Source: Candidatus Bathyarchaeota archaeon (GTDB taxonomy: Archaea > Thermoproteota > Bathyarchaeia > Bathyarchaeales > Bathycorpusculaceae). Taken from it: a stretch of 64,000 bases of DNA. Location of the stretch: positions 128,001 through 192,000 of the forward strand of contig OY970176.1 in NCBI GenBank assembly GCA_963707955.1, given 5' to 3'. The translations under genes were made by a program, and so were the position numbers. The number at the start of each line of letters is the position of its first letter. Position 1 is the first letter of the stretch. Of this stretch, positions 58,358 to 64,000 are shown piece after piece. Under the pieces are notes generated by a model. That model saw only the letters and a list, made by a program, of their open reading frames with translations. It did no database searches and was not told the origin of the DNA.

Positions 58358-58855
58358 GTGAAATCGATGCAGAAAAGGTTCAGAACTGTCGGTCTTGGCG
58401 GTACTTTCGACGAGTTTCACAAGGGACACAGAGCATTGCTCATAAAAGCTTTTGAAATAGGCGAAAACGTGATGATCGGCGTCTCTTCAGACGAATTTGT
58501 ACGGAAAATGGACAAGTCTCACCAGACAGCGTCTTACGAGGAGCGCACGAAAGAGCTGAGAGATTTCCTAAGACAGCAGGGAGTACTGCAGAGAGCGGAA
58601 ATAATTCCGATAGATGATGCTTATGGCGGTGTGCTGCTCTCTAAAGATCCTATCGAAGCATTAGTCGTCAGCAGGGAGACGGAGCCCGTCGCTCTTAAAA
58701 TCAACCAAAAGAGAAAAGAAATCGGAATAGGTCCACTTGAAATAATTGTGATTGACATGGTTCCCTCCCAAAATCACGCGGCAATCTCGACAACACGGAT
58801 TCGCACGGGCGAGATTGACCGAGAAGGTCACATTCTGAAGAAGAAAGGAAAATGA
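58358..58855 (+). CDS. coaD: Archaeal phosphopantetheine adenylyltransferase
   Basis: GGTFDEFHKGH, VVSRET, ISTTRIR.GEID. Confidence 0.93.
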   Translation: MKSMQKRFRTVGLGGTFDEFHKGHRALLIKAFEIGENVMIGVSSDEFVRKMDKSHQTASYEERTKELRDFLRQQGVLQRAEIIPIDDAYGGVLLSKDPIEALVVSRETEPVALKINQKRKEIGIGPLEIIVIDMVPSQNHAAISTTRIRTGEIDREGHILKKKGK

Positions 58856-58897
58856 TTAAACCATTTGTTGAGCACTTGTATTAAGAGCGGTGTTCCG

Positions 58898-60022
58898 GTG
58901 CAGAGAACAGGGATTGCTAAGCTTCCACTTCATTACGGAAAAGCACCGATGTACCTCATCGTTCGAATGAGAAAACTCGCCAAAGAAATGGTCACGATCA
59001 TCGTCGACGAGTATGGTTCAGACGAGTTTTTGAGGCGGATCTCTGACCCTTTCTGGTTTCAGGCCTTAGGCTGTGTTCTAGGATATGACTGGCACTCGTC
59101 AGGAGTGACCACCGTTGTCACGGCGATCCTGAAACAGGTGATTATTCCTGAGGAGCACGGGGTCGCGGTCTGCGGCGGGAAGGGCAAGTTCTCCCGTCTG
59201 GCGCCTGAGGAGATCCAAACTGTTGGAGAGAAGTTTGGCTTTCCAACTGAAAGCATCGAGAGTCTGCGTTATGCAAGCAGGATGAGCGCAAAGGTTGACA
59301 ACACTGCGATCCAAGCGGGCTATCAGCTCTATCATCATGCGTTCTTCGTTGCGGAGAACCGGAAATGGGCAGTTGTCCAACAAGGCATGTGCGCACAAGA
59401 TCGAACCGCAAGACGCTATCACTGGCTCTCCGAGAAACTGGAAGAGTTCGTCGTCGAACCTCACAGCGCAATCGTCGGCGACACGAAACGCCAGTGCGTG
59501 TTGGACATGACCGCTCGAGAAAGTGAAGGAAGCAGGAAAGCTTCCGTAGACGTGGCCAAGGAACCCACCAGGAAGCTCATGCGACTGGTCGTGTCTGTGA
59601 GGCCTTATCTTCAAAAATCGCTGAGTGAATGGTTGCCAGCAACGGCAGATGCCAGATGGAACAAAGACCTGCCGGATGTTCTGTGCATGCCATGGAACAC
59701 AAACTGGAGAACGATGAAGCAAGTCTACGAGTTTCAACCCAGCAACTACGAGGAGCTGCTTGGCTTCAAGGGTGTCGGACCGGCTACGGTTAGAGGACTT
59801 GCGTTGATTGCAGAACTGCTTTATGGCGAAAAGCCAAGCTGGAAAGACCCTGTCAAGTACTCCTTCGCGTACGGAGGAAAGGACGGCGTGCCCTACGCTG
59901 TTAACCGCGGGGCAATGGACGAGTCCATCCAAATCCTGAGACAATCAGTTCAAGAGGCAAGGATTGGCAACGCGGAGAAATTACGGTGTTTGCAGAGGCT
60001 TAGACGATTTGTTTCCGTCTGA
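58898..60022 (+). CDS. DUF763-family protein
   Basis: LPLHYG, SDPFWFQ, DWHSSG, AKVD, VQQGM, RRYHW, HhH GVGPAT, GGKDG. Confidence 0.85.
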   Translation: MQRTGIAKLPLHYGKAPMYLIVRMRKLAKEMVTIIVDEYGSDEFLRRISDPFWFQALGCVLGYDWHSSGVTTVVTAILKQVIIPEEHGVAVCGGKGKFSRLAPEEIQTVGEKFGFPTESIESLRYASRMSAKVDNTAIQAGYQLYHHAFFVAENRKWAVVQQGMCAQDRTARRYHWLSEKLEEFVVEPHSAIVGDTKRQCVLDMTARESEGSRKASVDVAKEPTRKLMRLVVSVRPYLQKSLSEWLPATADARWNKDLPDVLCMPWNTNWRTMKQVYEFQPSNYEELLGFKGVGPATVRGLALIAELLYGEKPSWKDPVKYSFAYGGKDGVPYAVNRGAMDESIQILRQSVQEARIGNAEKLRCLQRLRRFVSV

Positions 60023-60127
60023 TCCGACTGAGACACATAAGCTCATATCTTTCAAAAACAGTCAGTGGCGATAAGATAAACCGAGGAGGACAACGTCACG
60101 AATTCAAAAGGCAGTAATTGGCAGAGA

Positions 60128-60706
60128 ATGTTTGGCTTTTGTGGCATCCTCACGCCGCTAGTTGCGTTCACTTGCACGTTGCTTGCAGTCGCCTTGTCCC
60201 CTCACTTCAGCTGGGCTGACAATGCTCTCAGCGACTTGGGCGTCATTGCAGGTTCCCCGTCGATCCTGTTCAATTCAGGCCTGATGGTCAGCGGAGCACT
60301 GGCACTGTTGTTCGCTCTAGGACTGTTGGTCTTTTTCAAGAAATCCCTGCCAGGCCGTGTTGGCGCTCTCCTCTTCTCCTTCGATTCCGTAGCCCTGATC
60401 GCCATAGGGGTTTTTTCTGAGAATGCGAGGCCAATGCATCTTTATGCCTCCGTGGCTTTCTTTGTGCTCGCGCCTGTTTCCATGTTGTTTCTGACGGCGT
60501 CTTTTCTTCTGGCATCCAAGGTAGCTAAGGGGCTACTTACTCTCGGGGCTGCCATGTTTGCAGCGGCTGTGTGGATCGCAGAGTTCCTGTGGCGGTATGT
60601 TCCTGGTGTTGCTATTCCGGAGGCACTGTCTGCGCTTTCAGCATCACTTTGGGTTGTGATCATTGGTTTCGACATGGTAAGAGGCATTTCGGGTTCCAGT
60701 GACTAA
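60128..60706 (+). CDS. DUF998-like membrane protein
   Basis: NALSDLG, FN.GL, GVF, H, PE; six TM segments. Confidence 0.8.
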   Translation: MFGFCGILTPLVAFTCTLLAVALSPHFSWADNALSDLGVIAGSPSILFNSGLMVSGALALLFALGLLVFFKKSLPGRVGALLFSFDSVALIAIGVFSENARPMHLYASVAFFVLAPVSMLFLTASFLLASKVAKGLLTLGAAMFAAAVWIAEFLWRYVPGVAIPEALSALSASLWVVIIGFDMVRGISGSSD

Positions 60707-60807
60707 CCAATTGTTCGGTTACCCTGTGACAGAACCCACAGGTCATGCACTTCGAACGTGTTCGAAGCCTATGGTCAGGTTGTGCCAGTTGGCGCGCGCG
60801 CTAAGAG

Positions 60808-61500
60808 CTAGAGTTTCCTGAGAAATCTAACTGCAGAGTTGTTCAAGACTAGCAATCTCAACTTGAAATATCCCAAGATTAATCTTGGAGTGAAGCTCCT
60901 CAGCCTGACTCTTGTTATGGACGACTTGAAGCCTCTTTCAACAATATTTGACATCTTCCCCATGTCAAACAGAACACAGTCGATTCCATCGCTCATGACA
61001 AGATAACCTGAGCCTGTTCCCATGATCAACCCACTGTCAGCCAATTCTCCCAACCTTGAACGACCAATTGCAGTATCAAGTCTCTCTAGAAATCTCATAT
61101 CAACATTCCATCTGATTCCTTTCAGTAATGGAGAGAACAACTCTATTACCGCTTTGGCAGGTATGAAATCGACTTCAAGGTCTGCCCACTTTGGATCGTC
61201 AGTCTTGACAATTTGAAAGATGGATCTCCAATTACGTCTCATTTCCTGAAATACCCTTCCCATGAGAAACTGCCAATCAAACTCTATCTCTATCAATGCG
61301 AGATGCTTGTGCGTATCTTCGAAAGTCTCATGGAAGTCAATCAGTGATCCACGAATGAAGAGTGAATAGTGGACATTCTTGTGGGCAAGATCTTTGAACA
61401 GCATGAGGTTCTTTCTCATAGAAAGAAACAGAACATCAGCTAGTTTGATCTCCATAGGCTTTGGAAATTGAATTGCGTTGTCTTTCTTTGGACTAGACAA
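60808..61500 (-). CDS. Hypothetical protein (accessory run)
   Basis: 230-aa ORF, SD-like GGAGAGG upstream, no recognised motif. Confidence 0.6.
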   Translation of the reverse strand: MSSPKKDNAIQFPKPMEIKLADVLFLSMRKNLMLFKDLAHKNVHYSLFIRGSLIDFHETFEDTHKHLALIEIEFDWQFLMGRVFQEMRRNWRSIFQIVKTDDPKWADLEVDFIPAKAVIELFSPLLKGIRWNVDMRFLERLDTAIGRSRLGELADSGLIMGTGSGYLVMSDGIDCVLFDMGKMSNIVERGFKSSITRVRLRSFTPRLILGYFKLRLLVLNNSAVRFLRKL

Positions 61501-61558
61501 TTTTTGAGATCCTCTCCCTGTCAGCTTCCTTCTACAGAGTTGTCTGCCAAGACAATCT

Positions 61559-61945
61559 CTACTTCAGAAGATCGATTGTTCTCTTCATAGCAGCAATAGT
61601 TTCCTTGTATTTTGTTCTGTTAGCGTCAGGCGAATTTGAAGGGAACCGCAATCCATCAATCTTAATGTAAGTCTCCAAAACAGCTCTGAAGGCTTTGGCG
61701 TCAAGCTTTCTGATGAGGTCTTGCTTGAGAGCTATAAATCCTTCTGTAAAGAAGGCTCTGCTTTGAAAGGCTTCTTTCTCCAAATCTTCTGTAGCTTCTT
61801 TGAGGATGATTTCAAGCTCCTCTCTTATCCTGTCCTTCAGCTCCTTCTCCTCTCTATCTTCCTTCCACCTGTCAAAGCCTATTGAGCTGAGAAAACCTAT
61901 GACCGCACCAACAATCACCGAGATCAAAGTGTCAACTGCAGACAT
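61559..61945 (-). CDS. Single-TM helical hypothetical protein
   Basis: MSAVDTLISVIVGAVIGFLSSIG TM segment followed by a charged helix. Confidence 0.65.
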   Translation of the reverse strand: MSAVDTLISVIVGAVIGFLSSIGFDRWKEDREEKELKDRIREELEIILKEATEDLEKEAFQSRAFFTEGFIALKQDLIRKLDAKAFRAVLETYIKIDGLRFPSNSPDANRTKYKETIAAMKRTIDLLK

Positions 61946-61984
61946 GACGGGAACCTCAAGCAAACTGAATGAGCATCCATGAGT

Positions 61985-62206
61985 CTAGCTCACAAAGAAA
62001 ACAGGTTTTGGATGATACCAATACAGAGTTATTGGAGTCTTGCACGTCAAGCAGTTATGCACTATCTTGATGACGCTACTAGCAACTGCATTTGATGGTT
62101 CATTCAGAGACACAGTTGTGTGAATATCGTCAGGTGGATATACTTCATAAGGATCACCACATTTGGAACAAGCAAAGATCCTCTTTCCAGAAGATTTATC
62201 ATTCAT
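61985..62206 (-). CDS. Small zinc-ribbon protein
   Basis: CSKCG..YPPD..CLTC. Confidence 0.65.
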   Translation of the reverse strand: MNDKSSGKRIFACSKCGDPYEVYPPDDIHTTVSLNEPSNAVASSVIKIVHNCLTCKTPITLYWYHPKPVFFVS

Positions 62207-62241
62207 TTGATCACACTCCAGCGCGCGCTAAAAAAGTGGAT

Positions 62242-63024
62242 TTAGTAGTGGTATGTTATCGTTACGGTTTGAGTTGCTCCGCCACTTAAGTTCCCATTTC
62301 CGACTCCAACTGTTATGCTCGAAGAGGGTAAAACGGGAAAATACGCGGTTCCACCTGTGCCAACATTTATCTCAACGTTATAGTCAACGCCATACGCGGA
62401 GTAGACTACGTGAGTCCATGCTCCCGTTGTTGATGATAGAACGTCAATCGTAACATATCCTGCATAGCTTGCTGAGTACGTCCAATCATTCCAAGCAATC
62501 CCGAGTCCACCTGCAGGTTCACTCACGGTCTGATCATCGACCCAAATCGTAGAATCTGCTAGGTTGACAATATTCAGAAGATTTGTGTATTGTTCGTCAG
62601 TGTAGTGATGATCAGCAACATAGGCGTTATATTGTTCGTTAGTATAGCTATGGTCGGCAACATAGGCGTTATATTGATTCTGAAGAGAATTGTATTCGCC
62701 ATTCGTGTGAGTGTGATTTCCCTCGTAGTCTTGATATATTGAGTTCAATGAATTGTATTCTTCGTCAGTATAGTGATGATCGCTAACGTAGTTGTTATAA
62801 GCAGTGATGTTACCAGCGAGCCACGATTGAAGATTTGTATTATTAGTTGTCAATTGAGAAATCTGAGTGTTTAATGAAGAAATCGTGTTGTTCTTGTCGT
62901 TTATCATTGGCATGATATATGTAACTGCTCCGACTAAACCGACTACCACCAGAATGATGCAGATTGCTCCTAATGCAATAGCGACACTTCTCCTAACCAT
63001 TTTCTTCGGTTTTATTTCACTCAT
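62242..63024 (-). CDS. Membrane-anchored coiled-coil protein with Tyr/His repeats
   Basis: N-terminal TM, N/T/Q coiled coil, four Y..Y..(D/N)H.(Y/H)T..(E/Q)Y units including a 42-bp tandem DNA repeat near 62590-62675, beta-rich C-terminus; ATG at 63024. Confidence 0.8.
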   Translation of the reverse strand: MSEIKPKKMVRRSVAIALGAICIILVVVGLVGAVTYIMPMINDKNNTISSLNTQISQLTTNNTNLQSWLAGNITAYNNYVSDHHYTDEEYNSLNSIYQDYEGNHTHTNGEYNSLQNQYNAYVADHSYTNEQYNAYVADHHYTDEQYTNLLNIVNLADSTIWVDDQTVSEPAGGLGIAWNDWTYSASYAGYVTIDVLSSTTGAWTHVVYSAYGVDYNVEINVGTGGTAYFPVLPSSSITVGVGNGNLSGGATQTVTITYHY

Positions 63025-63161
63025 TTTTGAACCTCTGGTTTGTCTTCTGTTGCTGTGAGGATTTAAGATTTTTGTAATTTTGATTTTTGTTTTAGTCTCA
63101 CGTTCCGCATTCGTCAATTATAAAATGCTTATAAGTTGATTCTGCGAAGGTCTTTCAAGGT

Positions 63162-63195
63162 CAATCACAGAAAGGAGAGTTTCAACTGCAGACAT
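63162..63195 (-). pseudogene. 5' fragment of a paralogue of the 61559-61945 gene
   Basis: MSAVETLLSVI versus MSAVDTLISVI; 28/34 nt identical to 61912-61945. Confidence 0.7.
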
Positions 63196-63199
63196 TAAG

Positions 63200-63724
63200 T
63201 CACTCCCAAATATCTTCTTTGAGATAGTCGTCAATGTGTTTCTTCAAGCCTTTCTCAGTCTCTATAAGCGTGATTGAGAGCGTGTACCAAAGTAACTCAG
63301 TAAAAGTATAAGGCGATTCAACAACAGTAGTCTTGCCATCCTGCTCGATCTCAACGTCTGCCTTGGGTTTCTCACCTTTGGTAGTCCGTGAAAGAATGCT
63401 TACATCTCTGACCTTCACTGCTTCATAGTTGTGACTCCCTATTGCAAAATAGGTTGCAGCAAACTTGATCTTCACTTCATGAGAGAGCAGACTCAGAAAT
63501 CCTGATGATTTACCACTCTCCCACATATCAGTTGGAAGAAGCTGTCCTGTTCCTGTCAACAATGAGGAAACTGTTTCAAGCTCATGCTTGAGGTCTTTGA
63601 GGAATTTCTTTCTATCCTGGTTTCTATCATATCTTCTGCCAAGCCACTGAAAGAAGAAAGCTGCAAGCACACCAAAGAAAGAGGCAAAGAACGGAATGAA
63701 TGGAACGAGAATTTGCCAATCCAC
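63200..63724 (-). CDS. Single-TM helical hypothetical protein
   Basis: N-terminal TM followed by RNQDRKKFLKDLKHELE. Confidence 0.7.
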   Translation of the reverse strand: MDWQILVPFIPFFASFFGVLAAFFFQWLGRRYDRNQDRKKFLKDLKHELETVSSLLTGTGQLLPTDMWESGKSSGFLSLLSHEVKIKFAATYFAIGSHNYEAVKVRDVSILSRTTKGEKPKADVEIEQDGKTTVVESPYTFTELLWYTLSITLIETEKGLKKHIDDYLKEDIWE

Positions 63725-63846
63725 AAATCCACACTCCCAAGGAGAGGATCAAGCCCAATGACAGTTTAAGATTTCTCCTCACGTGGATGGAGAATCAAAT
63801 GAACGTATGTTCTGGCAATTGAAGGAATAAGAAGTCCAACTCTGAG

Positions 63847-63999
63847 TCAAAACTGAAGTGAGTGGAACATCTTCACTACTCCTGAATGCCTCACTTCTTC
63901 AATCTCTGATATTCTCTTGACTAGAAAATTCTTCCACTTCTTCTCTTCTTTGTAGAGATGAACAAAGACGACAACGACACCATTCTTTCTGTATATCTG
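63847..63999 (-). CDS. Possible 3' end of a gene entering from beyond the window
   Basis: Open frame QIYRKNGVVVVFVHLY..HSLQF then stop; frame choice uncertain. Confidence 0.3.
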   Translation of the reverse strand, partial: QIYRKNGVVVVFVHLYKEEKKWKNFLVKRISEIEEVRHSGVVKMFHSLQF

Positions 64000-64000
64000 T

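Noticed and set aside
61492-61555. TTGTCT/AGACAA boxes as binding sites of the element's integrase
   Set aside because: The matches are only 6-10 nt, one is a start codon region, and they are 23 kb from the element.
63125-63133. Third ATGCTTATA as an alternative att site
   Set aside because: It lacks the flanking TTGTCT arms and would enclose core genes (cysS, CoA operon). It is probably an ordinary TATA element, which also shows the 9-mer alone is weak evidence.
120-63769. The many antisense or alternate-frame ORFs in the track (e.g. 38729-39403, 59099-59944, 21955-22509, 16121-16330)
   Set aside because: They are shadows of well-supported genes and have no motifs of their own.
1-64000. 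CRISPR array or cas genes
   Set aside because: No regularly spaced repeat-spacer pattern or Cas motif was seen; the only tandem repeats are inside coding sequence.

Overview
Gene-dense archaeal chromosome segment. eS30, a eukaryote-like topoisomerase IB, GatDE, the PoK/PPS CoA pathway and a tRNA with a non-canonical BHB intron point to TACK, most likely Bathyarchaeia (inference). The core content is pyrH, gatDE, elp3, mgtA, a glnA-like gene, topIB, cysS, dinB, ribK, a seven-gene CoA operon, tRNA-Leu(CAG) with a 22-nt intron at 29/30 and tRNA-Ala(GGC). Four things stand out. (1) A ~9.8-kb integrated element (28481-38268) carries two inward-facing tyrosine recombinases, an AEP primase, a helicase-like NTPase and a second ATPase. 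Its att core, ATGCTTATA flanked by inverted repeats, appears to be the TATA box of the tRNA-Ala promoter rather than the tRNA gene. (2) A stand-alone divergent nurA-herA pair lies beside four paralogous 'hairpin + winged-helix' genes with palindromic operators. (3) There are two unannotated non-coding repeat families. (4) An AT-richer accessory gene run at the right end shows a gene-shuffling scar. All protein calls come from motif recognition by eye; no database search was run.
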